A DNA stretch of 64,000 nt from an uncultured Spirochaetota bacterium (GCA_963734545.1 CAVTHO010000006.1:32001-96000); one strand, 5' to 3'. Shown: positions 9,579-19,087, counted from the first letter of the stretch. Numbers and translations: made by a program. The notes: generated by a model not told the origin, from the letters alone.

Positions 9579-10088
9579 CTATTTCGAACTCAGCTTTGGC
9601 CTAGTTCTATAGAACGTGATCAAGTCTGTCCCAATCGGCTTCGATCCAATCTGACGCAATAACGTGATGATCTGTCCCCGATGATAGGAGGAATGATTGA
9701 CCAAATGTTGCATCTGTTGGAATAGAGGCTCTGATTGTCGGTTCCCTTTGAGATCGCCGTAAGAGAAGGAGTCGTTGAGCTTGCGTTCATCGAGGTTTCC
9801 TAGATAGCTATCCAGGTCGGCTTGGTACTTCTTCCACTGACTTTTCAAAGATTCAAGGTTGGGTATCTCATTCGCAGTGACGGACGCCGATGGGGAGCTG
9901 CCATTCCATCGTTGAAGCCAGATCATGTTTGATCCGTAAATGTGCACGAGAGTTCCATGGATTCCGCCATGGCTGGATGTCAAGTCCGCAAGGTACTTCC
10001 GCTCCGGAACAGAAGAAACCGTTTCTAGAATCCGATCGATTGCCCATGCATCGTACTCGAACAAGGCGAAAATTTCTTGCAGCATCAT
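9579..10088 (-). CDS. DinB/YfiT family protein, cassette
   Basis: TLVHI..WLQRW..HLVNHSSYHRGQI. Confidence 0.9.
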   Translation of the reverse strand: MMLQEIFALFEYDAWAIDRILETVSSVPERKYLADLTSSHGGIHGTLVHIYGSNMIWLQRWNGSSPSASVTANEIPNLESLKSQWKKYQADLDSYLGNLDERKLNDSFSYGDLKGNRQSEPLFQQMQHLVNHSSYHRGQIITLLRQIGSKPIGTDLITFYRTRPKLSSK

Positions 10089-10305
10089 ATCATAAATCTG
10101 CTGACGCAACTCCAAAGGGTCAATAGGCAAATAATGGAGTCCGGCCGGGCTGGGCCATGGACAGAGACTTCTGGGTCTGGGATTGAATGCCAAAAACGCC
10201 GTGAGTTGCATGCCGACCAGATCTTCTGAGGGTGCTGTACATTGCGCGGATCGCCGCACTTCTGATCGAAGGAAGCTTATCCCACCGAAATTGAATCTAG
10301 ACCCT

Positions 10306-10345
10306 GCATAACATAGAGTTCAGTTTCGCCGCCGACAAGAGCTTA
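10306..10345 (-). repeat. attC 3' half-site (minus strand), interrupted by IS200
   Basis: rc CGGCGGCGAAACTGAACTCTATGTTATGC. Confidence 0.8.
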
Positions 10346-10500
10346 AAGAATCCACCGCCAGAGGAGGTGGACTTGAGCCAGGCCTCTAGAAGAGGCCTGG
10401 CTCTTTGCGCTCTTTCTCTTCGAACCGCTCCTTTTCTTCCTGGTATCGCATGTAACGCCATCTCTTTTTCTCGTCCCAGCCCTACGGTCGTTACGCTTTT
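10345..10500 (-). mobile_element. IS200-type TnpA C-terminus and right end
   Basis: SVTTVGL..RYMRYQEEKERFEEKERKEPGLF* followed by hairpins AGCCAGGCCTCT/AGAGGCCTGGCT and TCCACC/GGTGGA. Confidence 0.7.
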
Positions 10501-10662
10501 GCCGCGGCTCATTCCGAAGTGTGAAGGAACTGACTGCCAAGATCGACCAGTTCGTGTCGACCTACAACAAAAAGGCAAAGGCGTTCACCTGGGTCGCTAC
10601 CGCTGAATCGATCCAGCAAAAGTCGAGCGCTTAAGTCAGCAAATTTCTGGGACAGCACACTA
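10501..10662 (+). mobile_element. IS630-family 3' remnant inserted at the TA of an attC R'' box
   Basis: RGSFRSVKEL..FTWVATAESI..ISGTAH* ends in TAG; the flank TAGATGGCC is the inverted complement of the cassette start at 11450-11458. Confidence 0.8.
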
Positions 10663-10768
10663 GATGGCCACTCCTTTACCGCCTATCATCGCGCAACGGA
10701 TTCCAAATGGCCTTTAAAGGTATCCTTTGGCGAGCGTCGCAATCACCATTGTTTGTGTTTCAAATACG

Positions 10769-11377
10769 CTAATCTACTTTAACAAATTGAAATCCAAATC
10801 GTTGTCCAATTTCGCTTCTAGACTTCGTATCCATTAGATTGCGGTACCCCAGGCCTGGTACGTTGTACGGTAGCGCAAACAAGTTCCAAATCTCTGCCTG
10901 TCTATCATCCGCCGATGCATACTTTCCCTCTAGGACGGTCCTTAGTTTTGAAACATCTGCGCTCGGAAACGTGCTTTCAATGTCTTCCAGCCCCTGGATC
11001 GAAGAAGACTTTCCTGCCCCAGGGGACGAATCATATTCAAATACCTTCTCTCCATATGCGTAGGCTGCTATCGACAGCTCTTTGCTATCATGGTTGAGCA
11101 CATAAACAGCAATGGATTCTAAGCTTTTTGAAAGCCTCTTTGCCAGGTTCCTACCATAAACATCGTCCTGGCTGTCCATTGTCTTTTCGCAGATGACAGC
11201 CGCGTCAGGCTTCCCTAGGACAACAATCGCTGTGAGACCCATGTCCTTGGCTGCGTCAACGACAGCGTCGGGATTTGTGCCCACAATGGTTATGTTCGCA
11301 TAGAACGACCCCGCCCATGAAAGCACCGGCAACAACGCCAACCCAGCGGCCACCAACAGAACTAGTCGCAGTTTCAA
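10769..11377 (-). CDS. Exported hypothetical protein, cassette
   Basis: TTG start with AAGGAG RBS, signal peptide, GSFYANITI and LNHDS motifs; bounded by matched cassette ends. Confidence 0.75.
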   Translation of the reverse strand: MKLRLVLLVAAGLALLPVLSWAGSFYANITIVGTNPDAVVDAAKDMGLTAIVVLGKPDAAVICEKTMDSQDDVYGRNLAKRLSKSLESIAVYVLNHDSKELSIAAYAYGEKVFEYDSSPGAGKSSSIQGLEDIESTFPSADVSKLRTVLEGKYASADDRQAEIWNLFALPYNVPGLGYRNLMDTKSRSEIGQRFGFQFVKVD

Positions 11378-11453
11378 GGCGCTCGCTCCTTTCACTAAAG
11401 GAGCGAGCAGTATAATACATTTCCTGATGCAATGCACCAGCATATAGCGGGCC

Positions 11454-11565
11454 ATCTATCATAGAGTTGAGCTGTGCCGCCGAATAAGACTTGTAGTAGC
11501 GTAGCGGATAAGCCCCTTCAAACCAAACTGCACCCACGGCGACAGTTCCAACGATTTTGCTAGAG
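11454..11565 (-). repeat. attC-type site, variant (R'' CTCTAGC, R' GATAGAT)
   Basis: rc CTCTAGCAAAATCGTTGGAACTGTCGCCG...CGGCGGCACAGCTCAACTCTATGATAGAT. Confidence 0.82.
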
Positions 11566-11583
11566 CGTTCCCACCATGCGTTT

Positions 11584-12450
11584 CACTGAGCTTTTTTCTT
11601 CAGGTACTTGTCGAAAAAGGGCACTACCTGAGGGTGACTCGGGCATTCAGGTGCCCCATCGACGGCACCATGATCGACGTGTGGTTCGCACCAACTTCCT
11701 TCATCTTCTTGTCAAGCAGCTCTGCCTGCGACGGATAACCGTTCTCCCCCATGATGCCAAGCACAGGTGGGCTACCGCGACGAACATACGTGACTGCGCT
11801 CACGATGCGGTACTTCTCTGGCACTGCAGAAGGAGAGCCTCCAAGGAGTCCTTCAAGCACTTCGTGTACTTCTTCTAGCTCGTCATACGCTTTCTCTATG
11901 TCTGCGGCTGCTCCAATAGCGACGACCGCCTGCACGTCGCAGCGATATTCTCCGTTCTTGACGTCCCCGTCCGAGTTGTCCTGTTGCTTTGCAAGTCCAG
12001 CTAAAAGAGCCAACCGGCCTCCCGATGACCGGCCAATTAGGCCTATCTTCTGTGGATCAATGCCATACCGGTCTGCGCAAGCCCGTACCCATCGTGTTGC
12101 GTTCTTCACGTCATAGATCTGCGCAGGAAATTGGAACTTGGTCCTATTTCCATCCTTGATGCCTATTGGGACTGTAGTCTATTGAGATCGCAACGTATCC
12201 GCTTTCGGCAGTGTCCTTGATTGCGCAGGAGAATTGGCGGCGATCAAGCTGTGGTCCCCACAACTTGCCACATATGTTGCCTTGGGAGATCACTGCCGGC
12301 TGTTTCTCATGCTGGTCGGCTAGCCTGGCTACGTCAAGCCTCAGATTTAGCCCGTTTCAGCTGTAATAGACAATGTCCTTCTCGAAGGAGACTTTCTACG
12401 CCCGGAGCGGTACCCAGGGGCCAGCATCAACTATGTGCCTAGATAAGAGT
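11584..12450 (-). pseudogene. Degraded BD-FAE-like esterase, paralogue of 1056-1982
   Basis: LDRRQF..GYVAISIDY..FPAQIYDVKNA..IGRSSGG..PFFDKYLK with internal stops and frameshifts. Confidence 0.8.
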
Positions 12451-12632
12451 ACCATCGACTTCTGCCAAGCCCACGCATTTTCACGCACTCCTCTCTCTTT
12501 GCCGTAGAGACAGCAGCCGCCTAACCTCTTGTCATTCCTATGGACAGGGAGCAAACCCACTCCCGAATAGGCCCAATGGGCCATAGCGGCGCACGATGAG
12601 GTTGCTGTGCTCCCCTGACAATTCCCCAAACG

Positions 12633-12745
12633 CTCTAGCATAGAGTTAAGTTGCCCCGCATCAGCACAGAACTGCATCGAATTCCCAGACTGCACCGATC
12701 GTTCCAGGCGACCTCTTAGGGGACAACTGCAACGATTTGTCGGGC
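12633..12745 (-). repeat. attC-type site directly upstream of the recombinase (R'' GCCCGAC, R' GCTAGAG)
   Basis: rc GACAAATCGTTGCAGTTGTCCCC...GCGGGGCAACTTAACTCTATGCTAGAG; same family as site 1. Confidence 0.85.
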
Positions 12746-12812
12746 TGCTCTTTCCCTTTGTTTCTTTATGTTATCTTGTACCATCACCATTGACACTTAG
12801 GGGGACACAGCC

Positions 12813-13700
12813 ATGGGAACTTTGCGGGACTCAATGCGAACTGCAATGGAAATACGAGGTTATTCCAAAAGGACCGTGGAAATCTACCTGTCCTGTGTAC
12901 GGGTCTTTGCGAATCACTTTAAACGGTCTCCTTTGCTGATCTCCGCGAAGGAGGTAGAGTCCTTTTTCCACTTCCTCCGTCAACAGCATAAGAGCGATTC
13001 GACGATCCATCTCTACTACTTTTCATTAAGGCTCTTCTACCACATTAACAATATCAGCGACCGGCTACCGAGGTTTGCCTTTAGGAGAATACAGAATAAA
13101 GTTCCCATGATCTTGAGTCAAGAGAAAGTGGTGACAATACTAAGTAGCTGTAAAAGCCTCAAATTTAGAACGCTCTTCTCTTTGGCTTATGCTTCCGGAC
13201 TGCGGACCTCGGAACTACGAGACCTAACTGTGCGCGACATCGACTTTGACAGGAAGCAGGTATACGTCAGAAACGGAAAGTGTGGACGCAACCGATACTC
13301 AATCCTCGGGAACAGGATCATGCAACTACTACATACCTATATGAATGTGTACAGGCCGCACTCCTTTCTTTTCTACAATCGGGAGGACGGTACCACCAGA
13401 GTTGGCAAAGATGCAATCAGAAGAGAACTGAAGAAGCTTTTAGTCAAGAACGGAATAGATGCCCATGAGGTGCATCTGCACACGTTGAGACACTGCTTTG
13501 CTACGCACCTAATGGAAAACGGCACCAGCATATTTTACATTATGCACCTGCTTGGTCACGCAAGTATCTACACCACGATGGTGTACCTTCACATGCAGGA
13601 CCTGGAGAAACTGAACATTACGTCGCCAATCGACATACTTGAGCTGCGCCCGAATGAGGACACCGAACCTCAGAAAGAGCTATTCGGGGAAACCGCTTGA
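12813..13700 (+). CDS. Tyrosine recombinase with N-terminal SAM-like domain, lacking the IntI-specific insertion
   Basis: Catalytic set intact: SGLR, RNGK, HTLRH, LLGH, TTMVY; N-terminus RGYSKRTVEIY; only a short segment between the K and HxxR motifs. Confidence 0.92.
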   Translation: MGTLRDSMRTAMEIRGYSKRTVEIYLSCVRVFANHFKRSPLLISAKEVESFFHFLRQQHKSDSTIHLYYFSLRLFYHINNISDRLPRFAFRRIQNKVPMILSQEKVVTILSSCKSLKFRTLFSLAYASGLRTSELRDLTVRDIDFDRKQVYVRNGKCGRNRYSILGNRIMQLLHTYMNVYRPHSFLFYNREDGTTRVGKDAIRRELKKLLVKNGIDAHEVHLHTLRHCFATHLMENGTSIFYIMHLLGHASIYTTMVYLHMQDLEKLNITSPIDILELRPNEDTEPQKELFGETA

Positions 13701-13799
13701 AGTGGACCACAGCATAGGGCAAGACTCCGAGGAAGTCGGCCCAACATAGATGTCTCATCACTTCGCGATATTGCTTTTTCTCAGCAACCTTCCATTTCT

Positions 13800-14366
13800 T
13801 CAACTAAATTCCTTTAGCAATTCATTCGTTTTTCTCAGGTCGAAGGTTTCTGAATCAAACTTCGGACCAATGAATTCCCGTATTTCTTGATATCGTTTGT
13901 GTCTAGGGTTGTCGTAGATCTTTACTTTCTCCATGTACTCTCGCGAGCCGCCACTATCTTCAACTGGACCATGCCGAAAACCTTCAATGCATTCCGTCGA
14001 TTGTTTTTGCTGAAAACCATCATTCTTTGGTTCGTTGCAGAGCTCGATCTCCCAACGGTCACCAAAATCATATTCATACGTAATAACTGCTACGTCTTCT
14101 GCAAATATGTTGGAGAGTTTTGTGCGAATCGAACTTTGCCTTCCTATGTCCGCATCATGTTCACTAGGAGGAAAATACCGCTTTTTGTCAATCACAAACG
14201 CATAAAGATGATTGTCTCTCCATCCCATTAGTACTTGGAGGATCGCGTGCAACCTTTCAAGTGTAATGTCTGATGACACCAGCAGTTTTCTCCAGATCTC
14301 GGGCTTTACGTCCTTCACTGAAACTCTGAACTGCAGAGTTCGTGACTGAGTTCTATTTTGCTTCAT
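13800..14366 (-). CDS. Plasmid pRiA4b ORF-3 family protein
   Basis: PEIWRKLLV..LHAILQVLMGW..HLYAF..YEYDFGDRW..GPVEDSGG. Confidence 0.9.
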   Translation of the reverse strand: MKQNRTQSRTLQFRVSVKDVKPEIWRKLLVSSDITLERLHAILQVLMGWRDNHLYAFVIDKKRYFPPSEHDADIGRQSSIRTKLSNIFAEDVAVITYEYDFGDRWEIELCNEPKNDGFQQKQSTECIEGFRHGPVEDSGGSREYMEKVKIYDNPRHKRYQEIREFIGPKFDSETFDLRKTNELLKEFS

Positions 14367-14559
14367 TCAATTCCTTCTTGATGCAACTAATGTAACCATA
14401 AACGGTTCACTTGCATACATGAGTCGATCCGCACGTAATTCGGGCAAAGAGTTGCAAGACTCTCTATGCCGTGCATCTATGGAGTATGCAGGCCAGGATC
14501 CCCGTCTCGCCCTCCCGCCATGGAAAACTCACGCTACGTCACGCGGCAAAATTTCAGAT

Positions 14560-14675
14560 TTCTTATGAGAGGTTCAGTTGCCCCGCCATATCAGGCCAGA
14601 ATTGCGTGGAATTGCCGGGCTGCACCTGCCGATCCAAGCGGCCGCATAAGGGACAACTGCAACGATCTGTTATGG
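14560..14675 (-). repeat. attC-type site with degenerate R'
   Basis: rc CCATAACAGATCGTTGCAGTTGTCCC...GGCGGGGCAACTGAACCTCTCATAAG. Confidence 0.82.
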
Positions 14676-14677
14676 CT

Positions 14678-14835
14678 CGCGGATTCAAGAAGTAAGTGCA
14701 ACACTCCTCTGGTCAATAAATGAGAGAGTTGCGATGCTATTACGGTACGCCTCCATTTTCCGCCAAGAAAGGGGATTCATACTTGCGTAGCTACACTCAA
14801 CTCTCTCAAGACGAACGGTACCACATCATCGAGCT
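14678..14835 (+). mobile_element. IS30 left-end remnant (diverged second copy)
   Basis: Same IR and RBS as the first copy; TTG 14783 LRSYTQLSQDERY then truncated. Confidence 0.85.
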
Positions 14836-15129
14836 GGGAAGCAATCATTGCCTTACAGAACCGGCCGGTTGACCGTTGTCTTATCCTTTTCTTAAGCAAT
14901 AGCCCGCCGGGTGTAGTTTTCAATATCTCGAGTTCTATGTATGACCAATCTAGGCAGCAGAAGTCTCCGACTGCAAGAGCGAAATTCTTCGATGAAAAAG
15001 GATGTAGCTGAGGTGGACCTTAAAGCCAAGACAACGTCCTGGCGATCCGTTGATTGCTCAAGCAGCAGCCTCTATGCGACCTTTTGGGTAGACAGTACCC
15101 GGTGTTCGCCCACCAAGTGACTGATGACG

Positions 15130-15710
15130 ACGGAATGAATTGTAGTGCTCAATATAGCGACCGATCTCCAGCCGCGCCTCGTTCAGATTGGCGTACTCCT
15201 TCAGGTAGAACTCCTCGTATTTCAGACTCCGCCCAGAAACGCTCTATGGCGACGTTGTCCAGCGCCCGCCCTTTGCCGTCGGTACTCATGTGTACCCCAG
15301 CGGCAAGAAGCGGCTCGACGAATCCCGGATAGGTGAACTGAGACCCTCTTCTCATTCTCACTCCCGCCGTGATGGTATTATGAAGAGCGCGCCACGCCCG
15401 CCAGCTGACACTGTTCACATGCGGGAAGTTCAGTATCGGCCACGATCATGGCCTTTCGTTGGGCAGATCCGAGACCTGAGTTTTTCTTAACCAGGACATG
15501 ACCACCTGCCGATGCCCGAAGGTCTTGTACAATTCCTCTCGCTCGGCATCAAGGCGCTTTCCGTCGCGCTCAACTTGGGCGGCGAATAGCGCGGGGCCCC
15601 TTCTCTAGGAGCTCTAGTTTCCATTGCGTCACCTGCTGCGCGTGCACGTGGTACTCTTCAGCCATCTTCGCCGATTGCTTCTCGCCGTGGATCGCCTCGA
15701 GGGCATGGCG
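15130..15710 (-). mobile_element. IS3-family remnants
   Basis: GSQFT..MSTDGKGRALDNVAIERFW OrfB fragment and an OrfA tail (WLRKNSG). Confidence 0.75.
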
Positions 15711-15849
15711 GCAGAGTTATTTGCCGGATTCTGCAAGAGCAGAGAATCGGTCGACACTATGTTGCGCGGTACGGCGACTGAACCTCTTGACATGAATCAT
15801 CAGGGCTTTCCCAAGTAGGTTCCTTCCTGATATCCTTTGGTGTCAGGCA

Positions 15850-16737
15850 ATGCAGTACACGCATGTCTCCTTCAGTGACGAATCAAACTGGACCAGCGGT
15901 CGCTATCGTTCGATTGGAATGCTGTCAGCTTCACGGAGTGATGCTCGCTCACTCCACCACGAGACCAGCAGACTGCTCTCTGAAAGCCGGGTAAAAGAAC
16001 TAAGATGGAACAAGATTCGGACCGCAAAGCACCGACTTGCAGCCACGAAGGTCATTGATTCATGCGCGAAGGCACTGTCCGACACCAGCCTAAGAATCGA
16101 CGTTCTGATCTGGGACAGTCAAGAGGACCGGCAAGGAGCACGCAATCCTGACTTGAAGGCAAATCTCCAGATCATGTACTCTCATCTCTTTGGAAACGTC
16201 ATGTCACACAGATGGCCTTTTGACCGCATTTGGCGTCATATTCCAGACGAACGTATTGGTATGAACTGGGATACACTCGAAAGCTGCCTGTCCCCAAAAG
16301 ATTTCCGGAGCACGGACGAGCCATCATCTTGCACCATTTTGCCTGCCACGGAGAGCTTCGGCGCCGCAATCAGGCGACTTTTCAAGGTGGCTGAGATCGT
16401 AGACTGTCCCGCGCAGGAAATGTGTTTGACACAGCTCGCGGACCTATTCGCTGGAATGGGGGCATTCTCTAGAGAAAGATTCAACGACTATCGCTCTTGG
16501 AAGCGAAATATGGGATATGCGTCAACCCTATTCGAGGCAGCGTCCAAACGTGATTCAACACCTGGCCTTCTGGAAAAGTATCAAGTGCTTTCCCACTTCG
16601 AAGGGAAGCTGGCTGAGCTTGGATTCCCGGTTGCCCTAGACCAAACGAGAGGCCTCCGAACGCTGGATCCAAGTATTCCAGTCAACTTCTGGTGGTATGA
16701 GACGCAATCGCGGATCGACAGGGCTTGCCCAATCTAG
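15850..16737 (+). CDS. DUF3800-like protein (acidic SDES and QLAD motifs)
   Basis: N-terminal FSDESN, central PDE, C-terminal QLADLFAG. Confidence 0.65.
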   Translation: MQYTHVSFSDESNWTSGRYRSIGMLSASRSDARSLHHETSRLLSESRVKELRWNKIRTAKHRLAATKVIDSCAKALSDTSLRIDVLIWDSQEDRQGARNPDLKANLQIMYSHLFGNVMSHRWPFDRIWRHIPDERIGMNWDTLESCLSPKDFRSTDEPSSCTILPATESFGAAIRRLFKVAEIVDCPAQEMCLTQLADLFAGMGAFSRERFNDYRSWKRNMGYASTLFEAASKRDSTPGLLEKYQVLSHFEGKLAELGFPVALDQTRGLRTLDPSIPVNFWWYETQSRIDRACPI

Positions 16738-16760
16738 CTTTCTCCATGCAGGTCTGGTAG

Positions 16761-17828
16761 ATGAAAAAGGAAATGGAAATGACAAACTGGAGGGTCTGCC
16801 TTAAAGCAGACGCAACCGCCTGGCTACTGGAAAAGAGCAATCCATCAGTTCGGTACCTCACATTGACCAATCTCCTGGACAGGGAGAAAACGAACCCTGA
16901 AGCGAAGCGTGCAAAAGAAGAGATCATGCTGTCGGGTGTCGTACCGAAGATACTCAAAAGGCAAGAAGCGGGAAGCTGGAATAGTCCTGGTCGATTCTAT
17001 GTGGACAAGTACAAGGGGACAGTCTGGCAACTAATCATACTTGCAGAACATGAGGCAGATGGTAACAGCAGACAAGTAAGGGATGCCTGCGAATACATAT
17101 TGCGCTGCTCGCAGGATCCGGATAGCTACGGATTTGCCTATCATCAAAGAGGCGGTAATGACGGCGGTCGACATGGTGAAGTAGTTCCCTGCCTCACGGG
17201 AAACATGATCTGGAGTTTGATCAAATTGGGCTACCTAAATGACGAACGTGTAAGCAAAGGAATAGAGTGGATCGCCAAGTATCAGCGGTTCGATGATGGG
17301 GCCGACACTCATCCAGAAGGCTGGCCGTACGACAGGTATGAAATGTGCTGGGGAAACCACAGTTGTCATATGGGTGTAGTAAAGGCGCTTAAAGCTCTTT
17401 CTGTGGTCCCGAAAGAACAAAGAAGCAGGAACGTCAGTGCAGCCATCGAACGAGGTTGCGACTATCTCCTGGCGCATCGCATCTACAAGCAAAGCCATAA
17501 CTTGTCGAAGACAGCAAAGCCCGGCTGGCTCAGATTACAGTTCCCGCTGATGTATCAAACGGACATTCTGGAAAATGCCTTGGTCCTTCTCGACTTGGGA
17601 ATTAAGGACACGCGCATGCAGGAAGCAATTGACAAGATCAGTTCGAAGCAGAATAGCGATGGAAAGTGGAACCTGGAAGGAACATTCAACGGCAGATTCC
17701 AGGTGGACATCGAGGTGAAGGGCAAGCCGAGCAAATGGATAACATACAGAGCACTGCGCGTCCTTAAGAAGTACAACGAAATGAACGGCGGCGCAGTTCG
17801 ACTCCAGGCTGACATGACTCTGAGCTAG
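16761..17828 (+). CDS. Prenyltransferase/squalene-cyclase-repeat alpha-barrel protein
   Basis: WLLE..PSVRY, YQRFDDG, KQNSDGKW QW-like repeats, PSKWIT. Confidence 0.75.
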   Translation: MKKEMEMTNWRVCLKADATAWLLEKSNPSVRYLTLTNLLDREKTNPEAKRAKEEIMLSGVVPKILKRQEAGSWNSPGRFYVDKYKGTVWQLIILAEHEADGNSRQVRDACEYILRCSQDPDSYGFAYHQRGGNDGGRHGEVVPCLTGNMIWSLIKLGYLNDERVSKGIEWIAKYQRFDDGADTHPEGWPYDRYEMCWGNHSCHMGVVKALKALSVVPKEQRSRNVSAAIERGCDYLLAHRIYKQSHNLSKTAKPGWLRLQFPLMYQTDILENALVLLDLGIKDTRMQEAIDKISSKQNSDGKWNLEGTFNGRFQVDIEVKGKPSKWITYRALRVLKKYNEMNGGAVRLQADMTLS

Positions 17829-17843
17829 GTGGGTATTGAAACG

Positions 17844-18758
17844 ATGCAAACAAATGACATCAGCCGATGGCAGCATTCGCACGACTTTGGCACCGACTCT
17901 CCTGCTGCCGAAAGGCGAACTTGGGTAGTTGTCACGATCACGACATCAATGATGCTCGTCGAGCTTGTTGGTGGATGGCTTTTTGGCTCAATGGCGGTTG
18001 TTGCAGACGGCTGGCACATGAGCACGCATGCGGCGGCCTTGGGTTTGGCAGGAATAGCCTTTGCATATTCTAGACGTGCGGCAAAAGACACGCGATTTGC
18101 ATTTGGACCTTGGAAGATCGAAGCTCTCGGCGGATACACGAGCGCCCTGCTACTTGTGGGAGTGGCTTTGTACATGGCATGGCAGTCGATTCAACGACTC
18201 TACCAGCCACTGCAAATACAATATGGGCAAGCGCTCATAATCGCCATAGTCGGCCTTGCAATCAATGTTGTATGTGCATTTATACTTCGAGGGCATGAAA
18301 GTCATGTCCACTCCGCAGGTCATGCCCATGGTCCAGTAGACTTGAACACCAAAGCAGCGTATCTGCATGTGATGGCAGATGCATTGACTTCAGTCCTCGC
18401 TATTATTGCCTTGCTGGCAGGCATGTACTTTCAGATCAGGATACTTGACCCACTAATGGGCTTCGTTGGCGGATGCCTCATTACGGCTTGGGCAATCGGA
18501 TTAATCAGAGATTCGAGTCAGGTTCTCTTGGATCGCGAAATGAACCATGAGATTGTTGCCAGAATCAAAACGCTGATCGAAGCAGATGGTGACTCAAGAA
18601 TTTGTGATATGCACTTATGGAGAATCGGCAAAATGAAGTTTGCCTGTGCTTTGGCAGTTGTTTGTTCGAATGGACTGCGTGCCGCAGACTACCGTGAGAG
18701 ACTTAGGGAGCTTCAGGAACTTGCGCATTTGACAATCGAAGTCAATCAGAATGGATGA
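17844..18758 (+). CDS. dmeF: CDF-family Co/Ni/Zn efflux transporter (DmeF-like)
   Basis: ADGWHMSTH, His-rich loop, AAYLHVMADALTS, HLTIEV. Confidence 0.85.
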   Translation: MQTNDISRWQHSHDFGTDSPAAERRTWVVVTITTSMMLVELVGGWLFGSMAVVADGWHMSTHAAALGLAGIAFAYSRRAAKDTRFAFGPWKIEALGGYTSALLLVGVALYMAWQSIQRLYQPLQIQYGQALIIAIVGLAINVVCAFILRGHESHVHSAGHAHGPVDLNTKAAYLHVMADALTSVLAIIALLAGMYFQIRILDPLMGFVGGCLITAWAIGLIRDSSQVLLDREMNHEIVARIKTLIEADGDSRICDMHLWRIGKMKFACALAVVCSNGLRAADYRERLRELQELAHLTIEVNQNG

Positions 18759-19087
18759 GGATCATGTCAGAATGTACTATCCGTCGACTATTTTCTGGTC
18801 TATTCATATCGGCTTTTGAGAAGAGATATCTTCATACCTGGCCTTTTTAGGCTACTGTGGAGGTCCTGCTCTCAATGCATTTGCATAGAGAAGTAGAGCA
18901 TTTGGGAAATATGTCTTTTGCTAGCTTCCTTGAGGCAGGTGCACGTACTCTACGAGCTAATGAGGCTCGGGAGGCCACTGTGAAAGCATAGGCGTTGATC
19001 GGAAAACTGTCCCGGTGTTATTGTGTTCAAGGAAGCAACCTCTGGCACGTCGAGACACTAGATTGAGCACAACACGGAGGTGACACA

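Noticed and set aside
12813-13700. Calling the recombinase intI or xerC/xerD
   Set aside because: It lacks the IntI insertion, and neither motifs nor context support a chromosomal Xer.
883-14675. Recurring ~115-bp repeats as CRISPR repeats, ncRNA or MITEs
   Set aside because: Spacing is gene-sized, and the R/L box architecture with matched cassette ends fits attC sites.
16730-16760. ATCTAGC..TGCAG as another GCT-type attC half (also 7912-8000 and 17805-17830)
   Set aside because: Spacing is off and no partner arm is visible; too degenerate to call without a covariance model.
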